Shown: positions 24,990 to 37,509, counted from the stretch's first letter. The stretch is DNA of 64,000 nt from Epiperipatus broadwayi (GCA_028023455.1 JAQFVV010000002.1:9734001-9798000); one strand, 5' to 3'. Numbers and translations are program-made. Notes: a model not told the origin generated them from the sequence alone.

Positions 24990-25830
24990 TTGCTTCACTA
25001 CAGAAGAAAAGTGTATCTACTCAATTAGAGAAAAAAATTAGATATGAGACAATCTTCAGAAGCAGTAAATAGAAGCAGATGACCAAAATCACTTCTAGTC
25101 AAACAGTGGAAGTCAAAATGAACCTTAGATTATATATTTGTCATCATACAAATCATATACAGAGGAACTTAACAAATCCTGCTGAAGAACAAATAAACAA
25201 CACCATAAACAATTAAATCTTTTCATTATAAAGAGTAAATTTAAAACATTATTAGCCACTAATGGTTTAAATCTATAGGCATAAAAATGTGCTAATAAAC
25301 ATCACATGATCACTCTGGCTTGCACTGAGTGGCAATACATATAGAGAGTTTTGCCTGTTTTTCATAAAAATGTGCTTGGTAAATAAAAAGAGACATTCAA
25401 AATTCTGTAACCAAAATTATTTGGATGACAATAAGAGAAAATTAAAAAAGATCCAGTCATTATTTAACTGCAAGGTAGTCAAAATTATTTGGATGACAAT
25501 AAAAGAAAATTAAAACAGATTCAGTTGTTATTGAACTGCAAGATACCATTTGCACTAAGAACCTAAGTTTAAAATGTTTTTGATGCCCTTATTAAAAAAG
25601 AGTACATTAATGCCTGTAGAAAATGCAGAAAGGGCTATTACTTTAGATATCATCCTGAAAATCAATGGGCAAAATAGAATATGCTATGACCATTAAATCA
25701 AAGTAAAAAAGCATTATCAAAAAATCTTTATCCAATCCCCAAGATATGGTTAGCAGTTTAAAAGGTAATAAATTTTTTGCAAAACTAAACTTAACACAGA
25801 TTTTTATCAAATACCTCCTAGGTATTTATA
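24990..25830 (+). mobile_element. Second gypsy fragment (integrase C-terminus joined to protease end and RT start)
   Basis: Collinear with the reverse complement of about 19550-20200. Translates to NRICYDH, LYPIP and KGNKFFAKLNL (RT N-terminal motifs). Confidence 0.7.
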
Positions 25831-26119
25831 TAGTCATGAGTGGAGCAATGGGAAGTTGAAATTCTCTGAAGTGAGATGGTGTAATGAAGTGTGTGCTTTA
25901 TAAATAATGAAATTTTATGGACACACAACACATCAGAGCATGGAATTGGAGCTGTACTGAATCACTCTTCCCAAAATGGTAATCTTCTAATAGCTTACAT
26001 GTCAAAACAGTATCAAAATCTAAAAAAAAAATTATACCCAGGTAGATAAAACACTAGCCACTGGACCAATAAATCAATAGAACTAGGTGATTTGCCATAC
26101 CTGTCTCCAAGTGCTCATA

Positions 26120-27030
26120 ATACTGTTTAGATAAGTAATGTGCAGGATGAAGGTCTTTCCAAGTTCAATCCATATATTCCGAACTCTATCCTCTCTTTTC
26201 CATATCATTCCTGTACACTTTCTTATTTCATCCATCCATCTCACATGTGGTCTCTTTCTGGATCTTTTACAATCTCTTGGACCTCCGTTTAATATTTCAA
26301 TTGTTCATCTATTATTATCTCTTCTAGCAATATGTCCAACCCAACTCCATTTGTCTTTTAATTTTTTCAACAATGTTAGTAATATCTGTTTGTTCTCTTA
26401 CCCATGTATTGTGTTTTCAATCTCTTCATTACTCCTAACATGCATCTTTCCATATGAGTGGTCTGAAGTCTCTGTATTGCTCTTCCATTAAGTGTCCACA
26501 TCTCAGATCCATAAGTAAGAACTGGTAAAACACATTTATTAAAAACCTTCCTTTTTAAGCATATAGGCATATTTCCTTTTAATATTAAGTTATTTCTACC
26601 AAACACATTCCAACCAAGTTTAATTCTATGATTAATTTTAATCCATTATGTTTCCATCTGTAGTAATAATCTGACCGAGGTATTTGTAGTTGTTAACTTC
26701 TAACTCATCATAATAATCTTTATTTTAATCTTTTGAGAAAATTCATTGAACATTACTTTGATCTTTTTTATGTTTGCCGTTAGTCCTACTTAATTTCATC
26801 TGACAACTCCGGAAGCATTATTTCAAAAACAACTACATCATCTGCAAAATCTAAATGACCTAAATAATCTCCATTTACTTTTACTCCTTTACCTTCACAT
26901 TTTAATACACAAAATATTTCTTGCAGCACTGTTATAAAAAATTTTGGATATGGAATCACCTGTCTTATCCTTTTCAATGATAACCTTCCTAGTATCATTA
27001 TGTAATCTAATTGTTTTTGTTGCATTTTTA
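26120..27030 (-). mobile_element. 5'-truncated RTE LINE
   Basis: HLDFADDVVV, KRKVFNKCVLPVLTYGSEMW, and a 3' end reading ...TFILH like RTE AFILQW. Confidence 0.85.
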
Positions 27031-27191
27031 TAAATTAGCTATATATTAAGTAAATAGATTTATTTCCCATCAATATTAAAGTTTGTTAAAGTGCCGTTTG
27101 TTTTATAATTATTAGTTGAAAGTAAAAATCATTTTATTTCATTCTGAAGTTTTGTTATTTATTTTATGTAACATTCAAATCCCTTTAGTTA

Positions 27192-27293
27192 AGCGTTGTT
27201 AGCCGAGAGGTCAATGCAGCAGTTGGTTGCAAACGGTTGTTGCGGGTTCGCTTACCGGCTGATGCTATGCCATATGAAAAAAAAAAAACACTG
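27192..27293 (+). mobile_element. About 100-bp tRNA-derived retroposon (tiny SINE or tRNA retrocopy) with A-tail and TSD
   Basis: A-box-like TAGCCGAGAGG, B-box-like GGGTTCG, and an A13 tail. Flanked by AAATCCCTTTAGTTA (27177-27191) and AAATCCCTTTATGTTA (27294-27309). Confidence 0.62.
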
Positions 27294-27309
27294 AAATCCC
27301 TTTATGTTA

Positions 27310-28640
27310 GCTTCTACTGTTTAATTGTCAGTCTTCGAACTAAACAAATTTTTAAGCCTAAAGGTTTGAATCATTCGTCTAGTAATAGTTTTAATTTACT
27401 TTTTTACAGTAAAAAGATTTAATTGTTTATGGCACTATTTAATTTTAACCGGCACTTTAACTATCCCTATTATTTTTATAGGTTTGTCATTTGCACCTTT
27501 AGCTGTTTTCATTATCTTTGGCAGCTTTTAATCTCTTTAGATAACAATCTCCAGTCTGTCTACTATAAAAATGATAGCCCGACCCTGCTTTCAATTTTCT
27601 TTAGATTTTTGTTGCAAATTTTAAATTATCATTATCTGCCAAAGGTTTCCATTGTTCACTTTGTTTATTCCAATATTGATTTTATTTTTGACCGATTTAC
27701 TTTATTGGAAATTTTTTTGTTAGTTTTAATTTTATAAGAAGTTTCAGCATCAGAAGCAGAAGAGTTAGAGTCATGACCCATAGACCTTTAACTTCAAAGG
27801 CTGTAATCTATCACTACAATGAACCACACAGTGTTTAAAAATAATCAAAGATTTTATTGTGTGGGAGCTCACAAAAGATCAAATACCAGAAGTATCAGGG
27901 CTGGGTGTGATCCCTGGTCCTTAGTCAAAAGTCCACAATTCTCCAGTCCTTGCAGGTTGTTTTTAATTAATTCTATTATTTACATATAATTTTAAAATTT
28001 TGTCATTATTCACTCAGGATATGTCTGAAAGACTGGATTTTTTGTTCAATTATCTATCATTAAGTACATTTTAATTCTACCTTAGTGTAGCAAACTGTTA
28101 CTATATAACCTATTTTGCAACATTTTTTGCACCTTTCCAATTAGTCTTTCATTAAGTATTCTGGATTCCCACATCAATAGCATTATACTTTTTTTTTTTT
28201 GACAAATTTTAGATTTGGAAGTGCAGAGGATAGTTGTTTATTTATTAATATTACTTGTATAAGATTTATAAAATTCTTTAGCATGTTTTAAAATTAGTTT
28301 ACATGTGATGTTGGTAAGAGTTAGTTGCTTTTGCAAATTTAAATCAGATATGCCCCATAAGAATTGTTCTAATAAAATTTCCTCAAAAGATTGAACATAT
28401 AAATATTTACTTGTAAATTCTCTTTAGCCTCAGCAACCTTCTCCCTCTCTTGGTGTCTATTATGCAAGTGTAAATGAGATATGTGTTTAGAAAGTTCAGA
28501 GTCTGAAAGTTTTTTTAACTAAAATTTGGTGAAATAAATATTTTCAGGCTTACCAGTTCACAAAGTCTATGTGCTATTTTTATAATTCAGGGACCTATAA
28601 ATAAGAGTAAAGTGGAAACTTTTATAACATCATTTTTTGT
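27310..28640 (-). mobile_element. Ty3/gypsy gag and protease remnant
   Basis: EQFLWGISD..LQKQL (gag), two CCHC-knuckle remnants CY.CGNPEY / CKKCCKIGY..VC at about 28070-28190, and the protease C-terminus KPIKIIG...LNLFTVKS at about 27400-27500. Confidence 0.6.
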
Positions 28641-29423
28641 GGAATTGACAATAAAATATTTATTTAAAGGTTTTATATATATTTGCCACTTCATGGCATT
28701 GCTAACGTTGAATTCAGTTATATTACATTGTGTTGCTGCCATTACCTGTTTTTTTTTTTATTTATTTCTAAATTATTATTACTGGTTGAATTTGTAAATT
28801 CTAGCAATATAGGTTCTTAGACTGCACCAATTGTTATATTTAATTTGAAGACTGTCAACTAAATGGTGGTAGTTAACATGAAGGATTATATGTTGCATAG
28901 AGCAAATAAAATTCCAGAATGAAATAAATGTAAATGATTTTTACTTTCAGCTAATAATTACAAAACATAAATGATACATTAACCAAGAGTCTTACATCAA
29001 TGGAAAGCAAATATATTTACATATTATATATAATTGTATATTTATTATTTATAGAACTTATCTCAATAGGATTATAAGCCTTGAAGGTATATAGAACTTT
29101 AATAAAGACCAGGTAGATCTGTAAACTCAGTCCTAGAGCCCCTTTCATACATACCTTCAGCAGGGATCAACTGAATAGTTAACTATTCCTCCTTATCTTT
29201 CAGTGATCCAATGACTAATTCACATGGAGGTTTTCCACTGTTCAATTCCATTTGATTTTTATATATGTGTATGCATAATGTTTTGTTGTTTATAAAGCAC
29301 ACCCTACAACTTTAATTATAAAATGAAAGTGAGTGAAGTTAAAGTGAATGAAACTTGATGCATTAGTCAAATCTTACATTTCTTTTTATATTCTCAAATA
29401 TACAATCTAATTCAAAATGAGTA

Positions 29424-30624
29424 CACCTGGGTCTCTTTTTACGTGGACTTATTTAACATGATTTTGAAGTTACGCGATTCGTGTTTCACCGGAAGTCGAC
29501 CTCCGATAATGCGCTATTACTTTAAATAATAAATTTTGCGCACTTACGTTATATTGAAAGTAATAGCACATTATTGGAATTCTACTTTCATCTTAGTAAT
29601 TTCAATATTTTCAGTGCTTTATAATAGTAAGATTTTATGCAATAATGAAATTAAAATCATGATTTCCACATTTTATGTATACACACATTATATTTTACAA
29701 GATTATAATGTAAATTTGTTCAAACATTGTGCGTGTTAATTTTGCATTTTAAATCACATTCTGTTTTTGCTTTTTAAAAAAGAACGTAATCAATTATTAA
29801 TCATTTAGTGTCCACAAGTTTATTTTTAAAAGGTCAGTAATAGCAGTGGGCACAATTAAAAATTAAAATCTGATTTTTAATTGTAATTAACAATTTAAAA
29901 ATTACTTACGGGCGACTTGAAATTAATGTGATGTAAAACGAAATTTGATTTTTAAACGGAATTGAAAATTAAAGACAAAAATAAGAATTTAATTTTTAGT
30001 TGTTAGTTTTAATTAAATTTTTCCCAGCAGTGGTGAATAAATGTCTTTTTATTATCATAAGTCTAAGTTCATAAACAATTAATAAAATCATCGTCGTCGT
30101 CAACAGAAAACCATTAACACAACATGAGAGTGAACTTGGCGCTAGTTGTATTTCCTCTTGTGAGAATAATTGCTGAGATATTCTTGACTTCGTTTAAGGA
30201 GAAGCCAAATACATCACATCACATGAGAATCTGATTTTTTACTAGTTTGCAAACGAACGTGTTTTTGGGCAAATAGCGATAATAATTAAAACGTGTATAA
30301 AAAAATGTAAATTACTGTACTGTAAATTATGCATAAAAATATATTATTTTGAATAAAATTAAATATTATAGTTAAAAAAAGTTTGTCTTGTATCAATTTT
30401 TTTCAAATTTGAAATTTTTTATTAGTCATATTTTATTTCCTTATTTTTTTTTTTTGCGCGAATTTTAAAGTAATTTTACGTTGGTGCTTTGCTTTTACGC
30501 GAATTTTGAAAAATCACAGACCGCATCCCCCCTTTTTCAATGTAAGTTACGTCTATTTTTGCGCGATTTCGTTTGCGCGTGTTTTCTGAGGAACCTATCT
30601 ATCGCGTGAAACGAGACCCAGGTG
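29424..30624. mobile_element. Tc1/mariner-superfamily (pogo/Tigger-type) non-autonomous element
   Basis: About 22-bp TIRs CACCTGGGTCTC(T/G)TTT(T/C)ACG(T/C)G, with TA TSD at 29422-29423 and 30625-30626 and a CpG-rich interior. Confidence 0.82.
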
Positions 30625-30801
30625 TATTGTATGTTATACGTATATAAAATGGGAAAAAAAAAATACGCATAAAAATATAAATAGCAAATTCTAGTGACTC
30701 ATACAATCAAAGAAGTTTACTTTTAAAAAAAACTGATTTATAAACCTGAAATAGTAAATCAAGGCAATTTTTCTTACAAATTTATATAGATATATATTTA
30801 C

Positions 30802-30879
30802 CTTCCATCTAAAGACTTAACTGCCTGTTCTGCATCATCTTCATATCTGTACACCAAAAACGCAAACCCAGGAGGATTT
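30802..30879 (-). CDS. Coding exon 2 of the same SR-family RRM gene
   Basis: Acceptor ...TTTTATTTCAG, then A + NPPGFAFLVYRYEDDAEQAVKSLDG + AG, then donor GTAAAT. 78 nt, phase 2/2, joining exon 1 in frame to give VWVAR-NPPGFAF (the RNP1 signature of SRSF3/7). Confidence 0.92.
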
Positions 30880-32390
30880 CTGAAATAAAAAATAGATTGA
30901 TTCATTTTCTTTTATAAATTAAATTAATTTTAAAATATCTATTTAAAAACCTAACTATTTATATATCAAAACTAATACTTATAATAAAAAAAAAAAACAA
31001 TATGACTTTCAATTTTTTTATCACCTTTATATTGTTACGCAGCAACTTTAAAAAAAAACTATATCTTTACCAAATATAATAAACATTATAATCATGAAAA
31101 GAATCTATGTGGTCATTTTATATTAATAAAATTCAAATTTATAATATTGATCTTTAATACATGATTTAATACAAATAAGGTTGAAAATCATTACTCCCTC
31201 TATTCAATACTTTCTCCACTGTACATATGCATTAAAAATATTAAATTATCTAAAAATATCCAAACTAGAAAATGTTTACAAAATGAGTCTACAAGGTTAT
31301 TATTCATCTATATTAAATTTAGACATCCAGCTTCTTTGTAGAAAATTTTATCTATTTCAAAAAATACATCCAGTATGATGTCCTATTCAAAGTACTATAA
31401 TATATAAAACAATCATATCTCAAAATGCAACTATTAAAGAATTTATTAAAAAATTAACAAAATTATTATAATAAATATCAAAAAAAAAAAAAAATAAGTA
31501 AACAAACAGTAATATTAAAACACTCATATTTTTGTGCAGTACAAAAAATTGTCCAAGTAAACGTAGTATAAAAAATTAAAACATAAAGCAATGTTATGAC
31601 TTCATAATGCAGCATTTCCCAAAGTTGAAGTTTGAGAATGATATATTTAATATACAGTGAAGTCCCAATATGAACTACATATACACTATCTCAAAAAAAT
31701 AAATATTGCCTACTACTATACTGGTAATGATAAATAAAATATAAATTCATATAACATTACTACTAGTCAAAAATCAAAATTTTACTAAAATTCTTTATCA
31801 TAGTTTCATTTATTAAATAGATATTTTCAAGTAAAATTCAACAAGATACACACAACATATGCATACAAAACAGCCTTCCCATGACTCACTTCAAAAACCA
31901 ATTTCCTTTAATATCAAAGAATGTCTTCATGAGATTGATGGCCTCAGATTCAACAAAATTTATCATTACTTTATTTTACTCTTCTTTTCAATTCACCTCT
32001 TCCCTAAAAAATAACCTCTGCATTGTCAAATAATATTTTATGACCTGTATTTAATTCATGAATATAGAAAGATGAATTGTGATATTTATTTTTAACTCTA
32101 TTCTTACGAACTTTAATTCTTTCATTAAGACTTAATTTACCTTGACTTACATAAATTTTGTGATAACTGCAAAAAATCTTATAAACTACACCAGAAATAG
32201 ATTGTCTATCAATTGACAGATGTGTACTATTTAATAATGAATTTATATCAAGGCCATTCTTCCAAATTACTTTCATACCATCCAATAAATATTCTTATAA
32301 ATCACTTTATGAATTGATGACTTAAACTCTTTTATTTTCACTAACAATTAAATTTTTATCATTAATAGCCTTATAGATACTTATTTTTTT

Positions 32391-33806
32391 GGTACTTATG
32401 TATTAGAACTACAATACGTATTAGACCTGTGGCGCCTTTTCACATTCATATCAATACGCTGACAACTTTCTAGTCTTTTGATCTGACCAAAATAACATGT
32501 ACATTTGGATCTTCTACAAACATAAAATGATAAATTTATCAAAACAGACCATGTGTACATATTTTTTTGTCAGATTTACAAAATTATCAGTAGCCTGAAT
32601 ACGTATGTAAAAAGGCGCTGCAGATCATTATAATACGTGTTGCAGGTCTAATACTAAATTACAAAAGTACTGTAAAACATCCAAAAACCCGAAAATATAC
32701 ACATAAGGTACTTACCATGTAATATATAAAAATATGATGGGGGATATTAATTTCTAACAATACTTTAAAATATGAATTTCAAAAAAATCGATCTTAAAAA
32801 AGTAAATTATGCAATTCCCAAATGTTACTTTAAATACGGACAATCACTAAATTACAAAAAGTAGCCTAAAATATCATCAAAAAACATAATCCCTCCCCTC
32901 CCCAATAGACATTTACTTAACACATGTTTGTACAATAAAAAAAAAATCAATATTAAATAATAAATTATGTAATACTAAAAATATGAATTTGATCCAAAAA
33001 AAATCTTAAAAAGTACATTTTTAACAACAGTAAAAATAATTGATTTACCGTACAAAAAATATGTAATCAACAACACATCATTACGCAATTCCCAAATGTT
33101 AATTCAAATATGTACAAAACAAACACTAAATTACAAAAATTGTCTAAAATATTGTTAAAAAACCAGAAAATATACACATACATTACTTACCAAATAATAT
33201 ATGAGAACATTGTCGTGATGAAACAATGAATTTGTCTGCTCAACTTTATTTTATATGAATCAATTTTTTTGTGCCAACATGGAAATTTAAACTAAAAATC
33301 TCCCCCTCCAAATGAATGCATGGTTGTGCAGTATCTCACTTGAATGGAATTTTCTAAAACTATGTATATTTATTTACTCGTGAAAAATAAAATGAATCAA
33401 GCAAAAATGTATTTCATTCAGTACGGAAATGAACGCATCGTCATAATAGCTTTGATCAGAGTTGCTGCTGTCCTATCATTAATTCTAATGATAATGTAAA
33501 GAAAATCAAAAGAAAAAAGGAAAACTACTTAAAATCAAACAAATCAAGCAAAAAAAATATAATTAAAATCTTGAAGTAAAACTATGGAATGCAGAAATCT
33601 GGACAATAACTAACCTTGAATTAAAACTATAAAATCTGTACAATAACTATGACTGTCAAAAAATATCACACACAAAAAAAAACAAGTTTTAATACATCAG
33701 ATAACATCGTAGGGTTTATTTAATGTCATTGCAAGATCAAACATTTATCACGGATATGAAAAGGCCTACCATCCCCTCTGTGTTGCAGGTCTAATATATA
33801 AGTACC
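32391..33806. mobile_element. Composite GGTAC-terminated TIR element inserted in PLE copy B
   Basis: Left end GGTACTTATGTATTAGA, right end CAGGTCTAATATATAAGTACC. An internal extra right-end-like copy near 32640-32655 makes 32391-32655 a small foldback. PLE sequence resumes on both sides; the TSD is obscured by T-runs. Confidence 0.65.
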
Positions 33807-34908
33807 TTTTTTCATTAAATATATTTCTAATAAATTCATGATTATAACTTACATCAATATAGTCAGAAGCAAACTGACTCCTGAATATAATCATTATTTT
33901 CAAATTATTTAAGCCTTCTATTCCTATAACAGAAATTCAATAAAGAAATTTTCTTATGAGTAAAAGTTGATACTGTCTGGTCTTATTATATTTCTTAAAT
34001 TTTTTTGTTTAATAAAATGACTGCAAAATAAAAAAAACATTATCAACTTTATCAACACTTAATCTAGAAATTTTAATTTAACAAATTCAAAAGTATCCTG
34101 CTCAATAACAAAATTAATATTAGAATCAAAAGCATTCAATCTATCAAAAAAAAAAAAACCTTCAATGTATCTTCCTGAATAACAATCATCAACATACCTA
34201 ACAAATAATTTTAAAGGAACAGAAAAAGGATTAATAATACTACTTATCTCTCTTTAATCCCATAAAACACATCAAATACATAGAATCCTCTAATAATAAT
34301 AGCACGTCATGAATACCCTTAAATCTTATGCAGAAAAATATTCATGTTATCCTATCAACTGATTGATGAATATTTTCAATATCTGAACTATCAACACCAC
34401 AATCATTCTCTAAAACAAATTCAGTAATTTTATCAAATGCCTCAAAAAAAAAAAAGATACACAAAACTGACCTAAATTCAAAAAACCTTATATTTTGAAA
34501 TTTTATCAATCCCTTATGTAAAATCAAAAATACATCTTAAAGAAAAATTATCTTTATGTGATTTTAAATTAAAGAAAATCTTAGAAGCCAAATAATCACT
34601 AAAATAACAACTTCAGTAAGTAATTCTATCAAAAAAAATTTTTTTCATAATTTCAATTTTGAATTTATTTTCTTACCAGGATAAGAATTTAAAATAGAAT
34701 TATCATTATTTATATAACAATGCAAAATGGCCATCTTTATCTTCTTTTAATAGGATAACATCACTGACCTTCAATCTTATTTTTAAAGATCTATTTGCTT
34801 TAAGGCAAAAACAATTTTTTATCTCTCAAGTAACTATTTAATTAAAAAAATCAATTACCACATTCCTATTGCTAAAAGGAACAAAAATTACTAAAACAAA
34901 ATTAGATA

Positions 34909-36293
34909 GATACTAGTCGATTAGCCACCGCATGCTGCTATGTAAAAGCACAGCAAAATGCCATTTACTAAGTTTACCATTTAGTAGGCCTACATATATA
35001 TGCTCTCAATAATATTTTACCATAAACATATATACCATTAATGCGAGGTTTTTTTGTGACCATTGTCTTTTGCAAAATCACTCTTTGACACCTATAACGT
35101 GCTTAGCAGTTTCTACAAGTCTCGCAATTAAAAATTTTCAGGATTTGTTTTATTTTGGGATTGTAGATGTTAAATGTTTATTTTTTAATTTTTTTCTTCA
35201 TTTCAATTTATGTGGTATTAGTTATTCTAAATTTTAACATTACCAGCAACAATCACTACAGATGTTATCAATTGTCCAAATTTGGGAAAGAGTGTGGTTT
35301 ACAAACATTTTCACAAGCTGTCTGGTGAAGTCACATCATTCATGAGATTTGATATTCGAGAATTATAAAATGTCTGGTGGAGGAGGTTTCATTTGTTTAC
35401 TAAATAAATAAAAAAAATAAATGACAAAAGGCATCATTAAGCGAGTTGAAACACTTTTGTGTTATTTGTTTTAATCTTCCCAAGACAAATGTTTTGGCAA
35501 AGTTAAACCAAATTTAAAAACATTTTTGTTATTTGTTTGTAGTTAATTAAACACGATCGCAGTCAATATGTAGTTAAAAAAGAGAAAATTAAAAACACTT
35601 TTTTTAAAAAAGGTTATTTTTAGTTAAAGTAAATACAATTAAAAACAGATTTTTTAAAAAAGGTTACTTTTAGTTAAAATAAATGAACTTGAAAACAGAT
35701 TTTTTTTAAAAAGGTTACTTTTCCTTAAAAGAAGTAAAATTTAAAACAAATATTTATAAAAAGGTTACTTTTACTTTAAAAAAGTAAAATTAAGCTAGAA
35801 AATGTTAAAAGTAAAATTACACTAGAAAATGTTATATTGAATAAAGACACATGTTAAAAAAAAGGTTACTTTTACTTTAAAAAAGTCAAAATATGTTAAA
35901 AAATGTTAAAAGTAAAATTACGCTAGAAAATGTTATATTGAATAGAGATAGATTTTTAAAAAACGATTACTTTTACTTAAAAAAAGTAAAATTATGCTAG
36001 AAAATGTTATTGAATAAAGACAGATTTTTAAAAAAAGCTTATTTTTACTTTAAAATTATGCTAGAAAAGGTTAAAAGTAAAATTACGCTAGAAAATGTTA
36101 AAAGTTAAATTATGATAGAAAATGTTATACTGAATAGAAACAGATTTTTTAAAAAAGGTTACTTTTACTTAAAAAAAGTAAAATTATGCTAGAAAATGTT
36201 ATATTGAATCACGCGCCAGAAAAGTTATATTGAATCATTGTCATCTAGCAACAATGCCATCAAGCAGTGTGCAGTGGCTAATCGACTACTACC
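34909..36293. mobile_element. Merlin-like non-autonomous TIR element with perfect 8-bp TSD
   Basis: About 31-bp TIR consensus GGTACTAGTCGATTAGCCACYGCA. ATTAGATA is duplicated at 34901-34908 and 36294-36301, while the paralogous PLE copy has a single site (TATCTAAT at about 38268-38275). Confidence 0.9.
35540..36235. repeat. Irregular minisatellite inside the TIR element
   Basis: Reiterated modules AAAAAAGGTTACTTTTACTTAAAAAAAGTAAAATTATGCTAGAAAATGTT(ATATTGAAT), with variable units of about 20-90 bp. Confidence 0.88.
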
Positions 36294-36837
36294 ATTAGAT
36301 AAATTTAAAATCAATGAAGCCTTAGGCCTTTTATTAGAATATCCTATACTTAAATTTCTTTTATTAACAACATTACTTTTGCCAAACTTTTTTAATAACC
36401 AATTAAACTTAATATATGTTTGATTATAAACAAATCAACATTTTAATCTAAACTACTTTAAAAAAAAAATATTTTGGAAAAATAATAGTACAATTCAATC
36501 AATTATTAACTCTTTTCCAAAAGCTTACTTTGAAGAAATAGTCACATTCATACTTTATGCTCTGCAGTGTACAAGATAATTATTTCTTTACAACAGTGAT
36601 ACAAGAACACTTTTAAATACAAACTAGATACAATTAACCAAAAAAATTACTTCTCCAGATATATTTGTAGATACATGTTCACTTATTTATCGGTGCTTTA
36701 ACCTACAATGAGATGTTCTAAATATAATTTCTTTTTTATATTGTCTGCTATATTCATTACAATTTTCTATGTTTAATAATATGTAGTAGGTTTTTTTTAA
36801 TTCTAACAAATTGTAAATATGTCAAGTACTTTATATT

Positions 36838-37509
36838 TGTATTTTTATATTGGCCTATTTCCATCATTTAATAATGTGTGTTGAACGTCTTTAGAAAATT
36901 TAATTTTATTTAAATATTCCAAATACCTTCAACTGTTAGTAATATCACAGCAACCAGGCAAGTATATGCACCAACTGTTAATAATATCACAGAAAACAGG
37001 TTAGTATGTGCACAATGCTTTGAGAGGTATTATTCTCCCCTCTTTTTCAAGTGTTGCTGGCCTGACCAGTACTAGCATGGGTTTCGAACCTGGGTCCTTA
37101 GATTTTTTGATTATTGAATTTTAAGGTAACGACCAACTAAGAGCGTTACCTTAAAATTCAATAATCAAAAAATCTAAGGACCCAGGTTCGAAACCCATGC
37201 TAGTACTGTCACTGGTCAGGCCAGCAACACTTGAAGAAAAGGGGAGAATAATATCTCTCGAAACATTGTGCATATACTAACCTGTTTATTTTACTAATAG
37301 TTAGTGTATATACTAACCTGTTTGCTGTGATATTACTAACAGTTGGTACATATACTAACCTGTTTGCTGTGATATTACTAACAGTTGAAGGTATTTGGAA
37401 TATTTAAATAAAATTACATTTTCTAAAGACATTCAACACACATATTAGATGATGGAAATAGTCCAATATAAAAATACAACTAGAACACCATCACAAACCT
37501 TCAGGAAAA
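36838..37509. mobile_element. Foldback retroposon made of two inverted PLE tails (tRNA-like module + HHR), with 11-bp TSD
   Basis: Arms are centred on the loop 37132-37143 with a perfect inner 65-bp stem (37067-37131 / 37144-37208). B-box GGTTCGAAACC at 37185-37195, HHR-like TTGAAGA...GGGGAG-AATAATAT-CTCTC-GAAACATT, and TACTTTATATT at 36827-36837 and 37510-37520. Confidence 0.9.

Larger units (their letters stand above)
31765..36480 (-). mobile_element. Penelope-like element copy B, carrying two later TIR-element insertions
   Basis: GIY-YIG ORF 32004-32285 (SGVVYKIFCSYHKIYVSQ...FYIHE...GHKILFD), RT at 33810-34600 (RYVDD), and N-terminal KFNWL at about 36400. It is the reverse-complement homologue of 38020-41605. 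Confidence 0.8.

Noticed and set aside
35540-36235. CRISPR-like array
   Set aside because: Eukaryotic context, degenerate variable repeats with no unique spacers and no cas genes; it is a minisatellite.
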